From an uncultured Clostridia bacterium (GTDB lineage: Bacteria; Bacillota; Clostridia; Christensenellales; Borkfalkiaceae), in assembly GCA_944368635.1 (NCBI GenBank), contig CALVXA010000001.1, positions 1 through 59,735 of the forward strand: a DNA stretch of 59,735 nt, read 5' to 3'. A model generated the notes under the pieces. That model ran no database searches. It saw nothing but the letters and a program-made list of their open reading frames with translations, and was not told where the DNA came from. Position numbers and translations under genes: made by a program. Positions 27,582-37,559 of the stretch are shown here, one piece after another; the stretch's first letter is position 1, and each line of letters starts with the position of its first letter.

Positions 27582-27623
27582 AAAGCGGGGCGCAGACCTT
27601 GATGGTCTGCGCCCCGCTTTTTC
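27582..27623. terminator. Bidirectional rho-independent terminator
   Basis: AGCGGGGCGCAGACC / GGTCTGCGCCCCGCT stem with flanking A- and T-runs, between convergent genes. Confidence 0.85.
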
Positions 27624-27687
27624 AGTCGTTTAAGTCGCAAATTGTTGTTTTTCGCGCTTGCGCGGTCTGCGTAACAGACTGCCTTCC

Positions 27688-28593
27688 TCAGTTTTCGGGC
27701 GTGTATTCGTAGCGTGTGTTGCCCTGTTCGTCCGTGTAAGTCGTCACAAGGTAGCGGCGGTTTCCGCTTGCGTCGGCTATGCGCAGCCTTATTGCCTCGC
27801 GTTCGCCGCGGCGCGCCTTTTCAAAGTACAGCAACCTGTTGTCGCCGTTGACGGCGCGCGTCATCATGAGTTCGGTCTTATCTCCTTCATGCTCGTATTC
27901 AAAGGTGCTGCGCTCGCTGACGCGACCGTTTTCGTACAGACTGTAACTGTATTCCCGTTCATGTTCTCTGCCGTCCTGCTCCGTCTGGTATTCCACAAGC
28001 AGATACCTCTGCTCGTCTATGGTCACGCGCAGCTCAAGTTCGTAGTCGCTCTCGTCGCGCTCCGTCTCGGTCTCGCTCTCTCCGCGCACGGCATATTCTT
28101 TGCCTTCGATTACAACTATTCCCTCAAGGTCGAAGCATTCCTCCTGTCCGTCGTCCTGTTCGTACTGCGTGCGCAGTCGGTTGTAGTACATGGAGTAATT
28201 CATCTGTTTGCCTTCGATATCCGTAAAGCTTATCGCCGTCATGGCTTCATATTCCTGCCTGTCGGAAGTCGTCTCCGTTATGTTGAATCCACCGTTGCCG
28301 ACAAGGGTGCCCACAAGCCCCATGTATGCGTCCAGCTGCGCCGTTTCAGACGTCGTTTGCGTCTGTTCCGCCGTGCCCGTCGTGTTGCCTGCGGTGTTGT
28401 CCGCGGCGGGAGCCTGCTCCTCGCCGAGGGAAGAAATTATCATGCCCGCCGAAGCCGCGCTGAAGCCGTAAACCGATACCGCATTGTCAAGTGCGGAAAA
28501 CTTGTCCGCGGGGGCAGTCGTCTTTGCGCACGCCGCAATTCCTGCCGTGCCGACTATTGCCAGAGCCGCCATGGCTGTAAGTAACTTTTTCAT
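27688..28593 (-). CDS. Acidic lipoprotein, paralog of the extracytoplasmic domain of the adjacent anti-sigma factor
   Basis: GGAGG RBS and lipobox (IAACA). Collinear similarity to residues about 95-365 of ORF 29305..30447. Shared blocks: YG.SAAS.G, YM.LV, MYY.R, ETETE.DES.(Y/S)EL. Confidence 0.8.
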   Translation of the reverse strand: MKKLLTAMAALAIVGTAGIAACAKTTAPADKFSALDNAVSVYGFSAASAGMIISSLGEEQAPAADNTAGNTTGTAEQTQTTSETAQLDAYMGLVGTLVGNGGFNITETTSDRQEYEAMTAISFTDIEGKQMNYSMYYNRLRTQYEQDDGQEECFDLEGIVVIEGKEYAVRGESETETERDESDYELELRVTIDEQRYLLVEYQTEQDGREHEREYSYSLYENGRVSERSTFEYEHEGDKTELMMTRAVNGDNRLLYFEKARRGEREAIRLRIADASGNRRYLVTTYTDEQGNTRYEYTPEN

Positions 28594-28682
28594 ACTGATA
28601 CCTCCGTGAGTTTTTGTCTTTGTACTTATATAACAGTTTGTCGGGCAGAATTGTTGGCGGTTGCGTAAAATTTTTTTTATTG

Positions 28683-28711
28683 TTGACTAAAAACGTGTTT
28701 GCTGATAAAAT
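28683..28711 (+). promoter_or_regulatory. Sigma-A-type promoter upstream of the ECF sigma gene
   Basis: TTGACT (28683-28688), 17 nt, TAAAAT (28706-28711). Confidence 0.6.
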
Positions 28712-28781
28712 TTTTATGTAAACTTACGCGTAGCGCCAACAATACGCGCGGGCTAATTGTTAATAATATGGAAGATGAAAG

Positions 28782-29315
28782 ATGAACACCGAAAAACTTG
28801 AGCGCAAGATAGCCGAACTTGCGCAGGGCGACGGCTCTGCCTTCGACTACATATACGGGCAGACCAACCGCAGCGTCTACTTTGCCGTACTTTATATCGT
28901 AAAGGACAAAATGTATGCGGAGGACATTCTGCAGGAGACGTATGTCCGTGCGATAAAAAACCTGTCGCAGTACAGACGGGGCAGCAACTTTGCAGGATGG
29001 CTTATCGCCATAGGCAGGTCGATTGCGTTGAACCACGTAAAGCGGGCTTCAAGGGAAGTTCCTACAGATTTCGACGCGCAGGCTTACCGCTACGGAGAGA
29101 CGCATACCGAACTGCCGTTCATATTCGACGTCGCGGCAAAGGTGCTGGAGCAGGACGAGTACGAGATACTCATGCTGTGTCAGGTTGCAGGCTATAAGCG
29201 AAGGGAGGTTGCGGATATGTTGGAAATGCCAATAGGTACTGTGACCTGGAAGAATAACCGCGCATTGGAAAAATTAAGGCAGTATCTGGAAAAGGAGGGC
29301 GCAAATGAAGGATAA
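28782..29315 (+). CDS. ECF-type RNA polymerase sigma factor (sigma-70 family, regions 2 and 4)
   Basis: Region 2 (DILQETYVRAIKNLSQY...FAGWLIAIGRSIALNHVKR). Region 4 HTH (YKRREVADMLEMPIGTVTWKNNRALEKLR). Confidence 0.9.
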   Translation: MNTEKLERKIAELAQGDGSAFDYIYGQTNRSVYFAVLYIVKDKMYAEDILQETYVRAIKNLSQYRRGSNFAGWLIAIGRSIALNHVKRASREVPTDFDAQAYRYGETHTELPFIFDVAAKVLEQDEYEILMLCQVAGYKRREVADMLEMPIGTVTWKNNRALEKLRQYLEKEGANEG

Positions 29316-30447
29316 GGACATAAAGAAACTTCTGTCGGAGCAGTCGCGCAGGGTTCTGCCCGATGCGAAGCTGGCTGAAAACATTAAGGCGGAGCTGGGC
29401 ATTGCGGCTGAACGCGGCGAAGAAAGGCTTGCCCTTGCCAACGGAGGCGAGGCGGCGTCATCCCGCCGCAAGCACATTGTCGTCGCCGCCATCTGCGGGC
29501 TGTGCGCGCTTGTGCTTGCGCTTTGCATAGCTCTGCCCCTGCTGTTAAGGCGTTCTGCTCTGCCGCCGCTCAGTCTGGACGGCAACAAGTTTGCGGATAT
29601 CCGCGACGCCGACTCCTTCTATGCATACGGCGCGGCTTCCGTGGGCAGTATGCTTTCTTCCCGAGGCGGACAGTCGGCTCAGGCGGCCTACGCATTTTCG
29701 GCGACTGACGCCCTTGCGGAGGTCAGGGCGGCGGCAGACATGGAAAAAGTCAACGGCTATATGGCGCTGGTGGAAAGCCTGCTCGGGCAGGGCGACATTA
29801 CAAGCGCTTCAACAGACGGCGCGATGGACTACGAATACGGCATGACCGTAAGTTACACCGACTTTCTGGGCGATACCGTGCAGTATGTAATGTATTATGA
29901 CAGACAGCTGATAAATTCAGGATATGACGAGGGCGAAAAGCAGGAAAATTATTCCATAAGCGGAGTACTTGTGACGGACGACGGGCAGTATGCCGTCAGC
30001 GGCACCTACGAGACGGAGACCGAGGATGACGAAAGCGAGAGCGAGCTGTGGTTCAGGGCTTACTTTTCGGATGAAGACTACATCGAGGTCAGACAGGAAC
30101 ACGAGAACGAGAGCGAGGACGGTGCAACAGAGGTGGAAAAGAAGTTCACATACACCGTCCGCGAGGGCGGAGCAGTAGAGCGCACCGTCGTGGAGTACGA
30201 ACTCGAGCAGGACGAGCTTGAGGTGAAATTGTCTTCGGACGGCGACGAACTGACTTTCCGTTCGGATGCGCGCGGCGGCGAAAACGTCATTGCGGTCCGC
30301 GGCAGGATGCAGGGCAGTTCCGTATCCTTTACGGTACACGTCCTGCAGGGGAAGTACCGCTATGAATTTTCGGACGGCACTACGCAGGAATTTGACAGAC
30401 GCGTCCGCGCAGAGGGGGCAAAGGCAGACTTGAAGCGCGCATACTGA
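29305..30447 (+). CDS. Putative anti-sigma factor (short cytoplasmic N-terminus, one TM, acidic extracytoplasmic domain)
   Basis: Overlaps the sigma gene stop. Single TM (IVVAAICGLCALVLALCIALPLLL). Ectodomain is paralogous to the lipoprotein at 27688..28593. Confidence 0.7.
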   Translation: MKDKDIKKLLSEQSRRVLPDAKLAENIKAELGIAAERGEERLALANGGEAASSRRKHIVVAAICGLCALVLALCIALPLLLRRSALPPLSLDGNKFADIRDADSFYAYGAASVGSMLSSRGGQSAQAAYAFSATDALAEVRAAADMEKVNGYMALVESLLGQGDITSASTDGAMDYEYGMTVSYTDFLGDTVQYVMYYDRQLINSGYDEGEKQENYSISGVLVTDDGQYAVSGTYETETEDDESESELWFRAYFSDEDYIEVRQEHENESEDGATEVEKKFTYTVREGGAVERTVVEYELEQDELEVKLSSDGDELTFRSDARGGENVIAVRGRMQGSSVSFTVHVLQGKYRYEFSDGTTQEFDRRVRAEGAKADLKRAY

Positions 30448-30555
30448 GGGGGTGAAAGCACGGGTTCGGACGTCACGGAAGTGGCAAAAAATGGTCTTTA
30501 TTCATATAATAAAGAAAATATACAATTATTATGCAGATAAAATGAAATAAAACTG

Positions 30556-30584
30556 TTGACAAATGAATAATTGTATGATATTCT
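30556..30584 (+). promoter_or_regulatory. Sigma-A-type promoter of the trp leader
   Basis: TTGACA (30556-30561), 17 nt, TATTCT. Confidence 0.5.
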
Positions 30585-30599
30585 GTTAACAACATAAAA

Positions 30600-30868
30600 A
30601 ATTCAAACCGAGGAAGCAGAAAAAAGACGGTAAGAAGTACTTTCAGCGAGCGGGCGGCGGTGTGAGGCGCGCAGTACTTTCCGTGGAATATGGGCTGCAG
30701 AGGGCGGCGGGGAAATACGCCGACGGCGGCGCACCGTAAAAGGCGCAGGGAATGACTGTTCCCGCAAAGAGGGCACCGCCTTGGCGTGTGCCGAAACAAG
30801 GTGGCACAGCGCAGATATTCAGGGCGCCCTTGTCTTTCAATAAAGACAAGGGCGCCCTGTCTTTCTAT
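30600..30868 (+). promoter_or_regulatory. T-box leader (tRNA-sensing riboswitch), probably Trp-specific
   Basis: AGCGAG (AG-box-like) at 30645. Stem III GGCACCGCC/GGCGUGUGCC. T-box sequence AACAAGGTGGCACAGCG (30795-30811). Antiterminator CAAGG..GCGC/GCGC..CCTTG with a UGGC bulge. Competing terminator AGGGCGCCCTTGTCTTT/AAAGACAAGGGCGCCCT (30821-30857). UGG-A at 30684-30687. Confidence 0.75.
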
Positions 30869-30905
30869 CCGGAAATAAATTTCGCGGCGCTGCGGAGTAA
30901 AAGTT

Positions 30906-31913
30906 ATGATTAAGGAATGTCTTAAAAGAGTAAGCGAAGGATACGACCTCACGGCGGAACAGGCGGCGGAGGCCATGACGGAGATAATGACGGGGCATGC
31001 GGGCGACGTGCTTACGGGCGCGTATCTTACTGCCCTTGCACTCAAGGGTGAAACCGTGGAAGAGATTGCCGCCTCCGCAAAGGTAATGCGGCAGGTTTCC
31101 GTCAAAGTAGCGCTTGACAAGGACTGCATCGATATAGTGGGTACGGGCGGCGACGGCTCCAACTCCTTCAACATTTCCACCTGTTCGTCCTTCGTGGTGG
31201 CGGCAGGCGGCGTGCCCGTGGCAAAGCACGGCAACGGAAGCGTGTCGTCAAAGTGCGGCTCCGCCGACCTGCTGGCATCGCTTGGGGTCAACGCATTTAT
31301 AACTCCGCAGAAGACGGCGGAAATATTTGCGCAGCTGGGTTATGCCTTCCTGCACGCACAGGTGTATCACCCCGCAATGCGCTTTGTAACGCCCGTCAGA
31401 AGACAGCTTGGCATAAGGACGATTTTTAACCTGCTCGGGCCGCTTGCAAATCCCGCAGGCGCAAAATTCCAGCTTCTGGGCGTGTGCAAGCGCGAGTTGG
31501 TAACTCCTTTGGCAACCGTTCTCGGCAAACTTGGCACGCGGCGCCTAATTGCCGTCTACGGCGGCGACAGGCTGGACGAAATTTCGCTCTCGTCAACAAA
31601 CTACTGTTGCAGCGTAATCGAAGGTCAGGTGCGCGAATTTGAAGTTTCGGCGGAACAGTTCGGGCTGCACTCGCTGCATAAAAGCGACATAGTTGGCGGC
31701 GCCCCGCAGGAAAACGCGCAAATATTCAAGCGGGTAATTGCGGGCGAAGATTCGCCGTATATGAGCGAGGTGCTTGCAAATTCCGCCGCGGCATTCATGA
31801 CGGCGGGCAGGGTGGCAACGCTTAAGGAGGGCGTGGAGCTGGCGCGCGACACGCTGAAAAGCGGCAGGGCGCGCACTCTCTTCGAAAGGTACAGGGAGGC
31901 GACAAATTCATGA
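30906..31913 (+). CDS. trpD: Anthranilate phosphoribosyltransferase
   Basis: GTGGDG motif, KHGN and full-length TrpD pattern. GGAG RBS. Confidence 0.93.
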   Translation: MIKECLKRVSEGYDLTAEQAAEAMTEIMTGHAGDVLTGAYLTALALKGETVEEIAASAKVMRQVSVKVALDKDCIDIVGTGGDGSNSFNISTCSSFVVAAGGVPVAKHGNGSVSSKCGSADLLASLGVNAFITPQKTAEIFAQLGYAFLHAQVYHPAMRFVTPVRRQLGIRTIFNLLGPLANPAGAKFQLLGVCKRELVTPLATVLGKLGTRRLIAVYGGDRLDEISLSSTNYCCSVIEGQVREFEVSAEQFGLHSLHKSDIVGGAPQENAQIFKRVIAGEDSPYMSEVLANSAAAFMTAGRVATLKEGVELARDTLKSGRARTLFERYREATNS

Positions 31914-32707
31914 GCGATATACTCCTCGGACTGTGCGCGGCTTCGGCGCGGCGGCAGGAGCAGGCGGAAAGCTTCGTCCCGCTTGGCGACGTGCGCGAAA
32001 TGGCGCAGGCAACGGCGGCAATTTCCCCGTCCTTCGTCTTTGAAAGGGCGCTCTCCCGCGAGGGGGTGTCGCTCATATGCGAAGTAAAAAAGGCAAGCCC
32101 TTCAAAGGGCATTATAGACGGTACGTTCGACTATCTTCAAATCGCTGCCGACTACGTGCAGGGCGGTGCGGACTGCATCTCCTGCCTTACCGAACCAACA
32201 AAGTTCCTCGGCTCGGAGGAAATTTTCAAGGACATAAGGGCAAAGGTGTCCCTTCCCATGCTCCGCAAGGACTTCACCGTGTCGGAATATCAGGTGTACG
32301 AGGCGCGCGCGATGGGTGCGGACGCCGTTCTGCTGATATGTTCCGTTCTCGGCGACGAACAACTTAAAAAGTTCTTCGGTACAGCCGAGGGGCTGGGCAT
32401 GACCGCACTGTTCGAGTGCAGGGATGAAGGCGAAATTGCCCGCGCAAAGGCGGCGGGCGCAAGGGTGATAGGCGTAAACAACAGAAACCTGCGCGATTTT
32501 TCCGTCGACTTCGACCGTTCGCGCAGACTGCGCGACAAGGTGGGCGGAGACGCGCTGTTCGTGGCGGAATCGGGAGTGAGTTCGCCCGAGGACGTAGCGT
32601 CGCTGCGCAAGTTCGGCGCAGACGCCTGTCTGGTCGGTGAATACTGTATGCGCGCCGCCGACAGGGCAAAGGCGGTAAAAATGCTTCGGGAGAGAGCGTA
32701 TGGTTAA
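31910..32707 (+). CDS. trpC: Indole-3-glycerol phosphate synthase
   Basis: Typical blocks (ICEVKKASPSKG, LRKDF, VNNRNLRDF). Overlaps trpD and trpF. Confidence 0.93.
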   Translation: MSDILLGLCAASARRQEQAESFVPLGDVREMAQATAAISPSFVFERALSREGVSLICEVKKASPSKGIIDGTFDYLQIAADYVQGGADCISCLTEPTKFLGSEEIFKDIRAKVSLPMLRKDFTVSEYQVYEARAMGADAVLLICSVLGDEQLKKFFGTAEGLGMTALFECRDEGEIARAKAAGARVIGVNNRNLRDFSVDFDRSRRLRDKVGGDALFVAESGVSSPEDVASLRKFGADACLVGEYCMRAADRAKAVKMLRERAYG

Positions 32708-33311
32708 AGTCAAGGTTTGCGGAATAAGCGATATACGGACGGCGGACGCGCTCAATGCCGCACTTCCCGACTTTGTCGGGTTTATCTTACGCGGACCATT
32801 CCGCCGCTCCGTGCCGGCAGACGCCGCCCTCAAAATAAGGCGCGCGCTTGACGGCAGAATAGTAACCGTAGGCGTGTTCGTGAACGAGAGCAGGGAGTAC
32901 ATTGCCTCCTTTGTCAGAAACGGAACGATAGGAGCGGTACAGCTTCACGGCGACGAGGACGGGGAATACATATCGGCGCTGAGGACAATGTGTGCAGTAC
33001 CAGTAATAAAGGCGGTAACCGTCCGTAACGGCTTGCTGCCTCCCGTACCCGTGAATGCAGACTATCTTCTGCTGGACGCCTTTTCGGAAGGCAAGCGCGG
33101 CGGCACGGGCAGAAGAATGGAGTGGAAGAGATACAGCGCAGATATGCCTGTCATGCTTGCGGGCGGAATAACCCCCGAAAACGTGCGCGAGGCAATAGAA
33201 CGGGTGAGGCCGTTCGCCGTGGACTGCTCCGGAGGAGTGGAGACGGACGGACATAAGGACGCAAAGAAGATTATTGAGTACGTGAAGAACGTAAGGGAGA
33301 TAGCATTATGA
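32700..33311 (+). CDS. trpF: Phosphoribosylanthranilate isomerase
   Basis: VKVCGI N-terminus, QLHGDE, GGTG. About 200 aa. Confidence 0.9.
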   Translation: MVKVKVCGISDIRTADALNAALPDFVGFILRGPFRRSVPADAALKIRRALDGRIVTVGVFVNESREYIASFVRNGTIGAVQLHGDEDGEYISALRTMCAVPVIKAVTVRNGLLPPVPVNADYLLLDAFSEGKRGGTGRRMEWKRYSADMPVMLAGGITPENVREAIERVRPFAVDCSGGVETDGHKDAKKIIEYVKNVREIAL

Positions 33312-34498
33312 CCAATCTGAAGGGCAGATTCGGACAATTCGGCGGGCAATATGTGCCGGAAACTTTGATGAGCGCGCTGGAGGAGCTGGAACAGGCCTAT
33401 GAAAAATATTCGCACGACGCGCAGTTCAGACAGGAGCTGGCGGGGCTGCTGAACGATTACGCGGGCAGACCCAGCAGGCTGTACTATGCCGCCAAACTCA
33501 CGAAATATGCGGGCGGCGCAAAGATATACTTAAAGCGCGAGGACCTTAATCATACGGGTTCGCACAAGATAAACAACGCGCTCGGGCAGGCGCTGCTTGC
33601 AAAAAAGATGGGCAAGACAAGGCTGATTGCCGAGACGGGCGCGGGACAGCACGGCGTTGCCACCGCTACGGCTGCGGCGTTGCTCGGAATGGAGTGCGAG
33701 GTGTTCATGGGCGAGGAGGATACCCTCCGCCAGGCGCTAAACGTGTACAGAATGAAACTTCTGGGCGCAAAGGTACACGCGGTGACTTCGGGCACGCGCA
33801 CCTTGAAGGACGCCGTCAACGAATGCATGAGGGAGTGGGTAAGCAGGGTATCGGATACGCACTACTGCATAGGCTCGGTTATGGGACCGCACCCGTTTCC
33901 CGCAATGGTCAGAGACTTCCAGTCTGTCATATCCATGGAGGCGCGCGAACAGATACTCTGCAAAGAGGGAAAACTTCCCCGCGCGGTAGTTGCTTGCGTG
34001 GGCGGCGGCTCCAATGCCATGGGCTCATTCTACCACTTCATCGGCGACAAGGATGTAAAGCTCGTCGGGTGCGAGGCAGCGGGACGGGGCGTGAACACTG
34101 CCGAAACTGCGGCAACCCTGAACGTCGGCAAGATAGGCGTTTTCCACGGCATGAAGTCCTATTTCTGCCAGGATGAACACGGACAGATAGCCCCCGTGTA
34201 TTCCATATCGGCGGGGCTTGACTATCCTGGAGTGGGACCCGAACACGCACAGCTGTATGCCACTGGCAGGGCGCAGTATGTGCCTGTGACGGACGAGCAG
34301 GCGGTGGAGGCGTTCGGACTGCTTTCCGTGACGGAGGGAATCATACCCGCAATAGAGAGTTCGCACGCCGTGTATTATGCCGTAAAGCTTGCGGCGCAGT
34401 ATTCGCCCGACGACAGCATAATCGTCTGCCTTTCGGGCAGGGGTGACAAGGACGTTGCGGCAATAGCGAGATACAAGGGGGAAGAAATATATGATTGA
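33308..34498 (+). CDS. trpB: Tryptophan synthase beta chain
   Basis: HTGSHKINN (PLP lysine) and GGGSNAMG motifs. Confidence 0.95.
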   Translation: MTNLKGRFGQFGGQYVPETLMSALEELEQAYEKYSHDAQFRQELAGLLNDYAGRPSRLYYAAKLTKYAGGAKIYLKREDLNHTGSHKINNALGQALLAKKMGKTRLIAETGAGQHGVATATAAALLGMECEVFMGEEDTLRQALNVYRMKLLGAKVHAVTSGTRTLKDAVNECMREWVSRVSDTHYCIGSVMGPHPFPAMVRDFQSVISMEAREQILCKEGKLPRAVVACVGGGSNAMGSFYHFIGDKDVKLVGCEAAGRGVNTAETAATLNVGKIGVFHGMKSYFCQDEHGQIAPVYSISAGLDYPGVGPEHAQLYATGRAQYVPVTDEQAVEAFGLLSVTEGIIPAIESSHAVYYAVKLAAQYSPDDSIIVCLSGRGDKDVAAIARYKGEEIYD

Positions 34499-35267
34499 CA
34501 TATCACAGGCTTTCGCAAAGGACGGGAAGGCGCTGGTGACCTTTCTGACGGCGGGCGACCCTTCGCTGGGGGATACTGCAAGGTATATTTCCGTCATGCA
34601 GGACAGCGGCGCGGACCTGATAGAGGTGGGCATACCCTTCTCCGACCCCATTGCCGAAGGTCCCGTCATACAGGCGGCGGACTTAAGGGCGCTGGCATCG
34701 GGGACATATGCCGACGGCATATTCGATATGCTTGAAGGCGTGCAAAAGAAGGTGCCCGTTGTGCTGATGACCTACCTCAATCCCGTGTTCTTTTACGGAT
34801 ATGACAGGTTCTTCGCGCGTTGCGCGGCGGCCGGAGTGAGCGGCATAATCGTTCCCGACGCCCCCTTCGAGGAGAGCGGGGAGATAAAGCAGGCTGCGGC
34901 GCCGTACGGGGTTACGGTCATCGACATGGTTGCGCCCACTTCGGAAGAACGCATAAATAAGGTGTGCGCGGGCTCGAAGGGGTTCATTTACCTCGTCTCG
35001 TCGATGGGCGTCACGGGCGAAAGGAAGAAGATAGATACGGACATTTCTTCCGTTGTGGCAAAAATAAGAAAGGTATCGCACACGCCCGTGTGCGTCGGGT
35101 TCGGCATTTCTGATTCCGTACAGGCAGGCTGCATGGCGGCATTGTCCGACGGCGCGATAATAGGCTCCGCAATAGTTAAAATAATAGCCGAAAACGCAGG
35201 CAATGCGGACGACAAACTGCGAAGGTTTGTGTCCGAAGTGTCTGCGGCTGTACACAGCCGTCCGTGA
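34491..35267 (+). CDS. trpA: Tryptophan synthase alpha chain
   Basis: [22 protein letters not shown] block. Operon position. Confidence 0.93.
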   Translation: MIDISQAFAKDGKALVTFLTAGDPSLGDTARYISVMQDSGADLIEVGIPFSDPIAEGPVIQAADLRALASGTYADGIFDMLEGVQKKVPVVLMTYLNPVFFYGYDRFFARCAAAGVSGIIVPDAPFEESGEIKQAAAPYGVTVIDMVAPTSEERINKVCAGSKGFIYLVSSMGVTGERKKIDTDISSVVAKIRKVSHTPVCVGFGISDSVQAGCMAALSDGAIIGSAIVKIIAENAGNADDKLRRFVSEVSAAVHSRP

Positions 35268-35320
35268 AGCGCATATGTCGTAAAATCGGCTGATTTGTGT
35301 TCTTGCGTGCCCCCTTACTC

Positions 35321-35349
35321 TTGCAAAAGCTGCGCATATATGTTAAAAT
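35321..35349 (+). promoter_or_regulatory. Sigma-A-type promoter with extended -10
   Basis: TTGCAA, 17 nt, (TGT)TAAAAT. Confidence 0.55.
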
Positions 35350-35380
35350 ATCTGTCGACTAATCAAGCGAGGATATTTAC

Positions 35381-36523
35381 ATGAAATGGGTTACAGTCTG
35401 GGGCAACGCCACATCCGTTGCCGAACACAGACCCGAGACGTATTCAAAGGACATAACGCTGCGTTACCCGATAACCTGCACTCTTGGCGGCGACAGGATA
35501 AGGCTGCACTTTTCCAACTTCTGCGGCAAGGAGCCTGTCACGCTGCGCAACGTCACGGTTGCCTCCGCGCTGGGCGACAGGGAAATAAATCTTCAGGGCG
35601 CGCGGCTCATCACTTTCGGAGGAAGCGAAAGCGTAACGATAGCCCCCGGCGAGGAAATACTTTCCGACGAATCGGATTTCCGCGTCCGCCGCGGCGCGCT
35701 CATTTCAGTGAGCTTTTACCTTAAAGATTTTACTCTCATGCGTTCCGCCGTCGTCATAACAGGGCCTCTTTCAAAGGGGTTTTTCTCCGTCGGCGACCAG
35801 ACGCTTGCACCCGTCCTTCCCCTGGACTTCACGCGGTCAACTTCTACGTTCTATTTTCTTACGGGCGTGGACGTGTACACCTCGGACGAAAACCGCTGCA
35901 TAATAACCTATGGCGACAGCATCACGGCGCAGAGTTTTCCCGACTACATGACAAAGCTCTGTCTGGACGACGCGTACAATAAGACGGCGGTGGTTAGGCG
36001 CGCGGCAAGCGGCACAAGGGTATTGCGCGAATACAGCTGCATAACTTACGAAAGTTACGGTTTAAGCGGCAGGCACCGTTTCCGCCGCGAAATATCTACT
36101 GTCAGCGGGGCGACGGCAGTGCTTATCCAGCAGGGCATAAACGACATAATTCACCCCGTCGGTACGGACGTCAACCCTTTCCGCCCCATGAGCGACCTTC
36201 CGACTGCGGAGGAACTGACGGACGGACTTCAGTACTACATCGACGTCGCGCGCGAATACGGGCTCAAGGTATATCTGGGCACGCTCCTGCCCATAAAGGG
36301 CTGGCGCACATACGCGCCCTTCAGGGAAAAACTGAGGGGAGAAGTGAACGACTGGATACGTTGCGCTGCCGTGGACGGCGTGGTGGACTTCGACAGGGCG
36401 CTTCGCTCTGACAGCGACGGCATGAGCTTTGCCGAAGGGGACGACAGCGGAGACCACCTGCATCCCTCGGAAAGGGCATATTCCATAATGGCTGAAGTGG
36501 CATACAGGGAGATTATAGGATGA
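35381..36523 (+). CDS. SGNH/GDSL hydrolase family protein with an N-terminal beta-sandwich domain
   Basis: YGDSIT (block I Ser) and DHLHPS (block V) motifs. Confidence 0.8.
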   Translation: MKWVTVWGNATSVAEHRPETYSKDITLRYPITCTLGGDRIRLHFSNFCGKEPVTLRNVTVASALGDREINLQGARLITFGGSESVTIAPGEEILSDESDFRVRRGALISVSFYLKDFTLMRSAVVITGPLSKGFFSVGDQTLAPVLPLDFTRSTSTFYFLTGVDVYTSDENRCIITYGDSITAQSFPDYMTKLCLDDAYNKTAVVRRAASGTRVLREYSCITYESYGLSGRHRFRREISTVSGATAVLIQQGINDIIHPVGTDVNPFRPMSDLPTAEELTDGLQYYIDVAREYGLKVYLGTLLPIKGWRTYAPFREKLRGEVNDWIRCAAVDGVVDFDRALRSDSDGMSFAEGDDSGDHLHPSERAYSIMAEVAYREIIG

Positions 36524-37518
36524 GGGTTGCAATCTACGGCGCAGGCGCGATGGGTACGGCAATGGGCGCATATCTGGCGCGAAAGGGACAGCGCGCGGAG
36601 CTTGTCAGCCACAATGCGGCGCACGTCGCCGCGCTCCGCGAAAGGGGCGCGCACATAACGGGCACTGATAACTTCGACGTTCCCGTCACAGCCATCTTCC
36701 CCGAGGAGATGAATGGCGTGTACGACGTCATATTTCTGACCACCAAACAGCGTGAAAACGCACGGACGGCGGAGTTTTTAAAGGACTATCTTGCCGACGA
36801 CGGCGTGCTTTGCACCATTCAGAACGGACTTCCCGAATACCTTCTTGCAGATATTCTCGGCGAAAAGCGCGTGCTTGGCGCGGTGTGCAGCTGGGGCGCA
36901 AGCCTGACGGAGGCGGGACACGTGGTCATGACCTCCTCGCCTGAAAAGATAGAATATCAGATAGGCTCTCCCTTTGCGGACGGCGCGCCCGCCGAAGGGG
37001 TAAAGGACTTGCTTTCGCTGATGGGCAGAGTGGTGGAAGAGCAGAACTTTCTGGGCGCGCGCTGGACAAAGCTGATAATAAACAACGCCTTTTCCCCTCT
37101 GTCGGGAATTACGGGAATGACTTTCGGACAGATAGCGTGCGAAAGACCTTCCCGCCGCATAGCGCAGGCGATCTTCAACGAGACGGCGAAAGTTGCGCGC
37201 GCAAGCGGCGTAAAACCGGGCAGAATTCAGGGGCATGACGCGGTCGGGTTGTTAAGCTACTCCAATCCCTTGAAAAAGCTGTTTTCTTCCCTGCTTTTCC
37301 CCGTGGCGATGAAAAATCATTCGCATATTCTTTCGGGCATATATTACGACCTGTCGCGCGGCAAAAAGAGCGAGGTGGAGTTCTTCTGCGGGTTGGTTTC
37401 ATCGTGCGGCAGAAAGGCGGGAGTTCCCACGCCGCTTACAGACCGCATGGGCGAACTCATCGCGCAGATAGAGCGGGGCGAAAGGCGTATAGACAGGGAA
37501 AATCTTGAGGAATTCTGA
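36520..37518 (+). CDS. Ketopantoate reductase (PanE/ApbA) family oxidoreductase
   Basis: N-terminal Rossmann IYGAGAMGT. ApbA_C-like C-terminus. Confidence 0.8.
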   Translation: MRVAIYGAGAMGTAMGAYLARKGQRAELVSHNAAHVAALRERGAHITGTDNFDVPVTAIFPEEMNGVYDVIFLTTKQRENARTAEFLKDYLADDGVLCTIQNGLPEYLLADILGEKRVLGAVCSWGASLTEAGHVVMTSSPEKIEYQIGSPFADGAPAEGVKDLLSLMGRVVEEQNFLGARWTKLIINNAFSPLSGITGMTFGQIACERPSRRIAQAIFNETAKVARASGVKPGRIQGHDAVGLLSYSNPLKKLFSSLLFPVAMKNHSHILSGIYYDLSRGKKSEVEFFCGLVSSCGRKAGVPTPLTDRMGELIAQIERGERRIDRENLEEF

Positions 37519-37559
37519 CAAATTTTTTGTGCGGCGCAACATTTATGTGCGTCGCGTTA

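Noticed and set aside
30473-31291. 272-aa minus-strand ORF covering the trp leader and the 5' end of trpD.
   Set aside because: The region is explained by a T-box leader and by trpD on the + strand. The ORF has no RBS or homology features.
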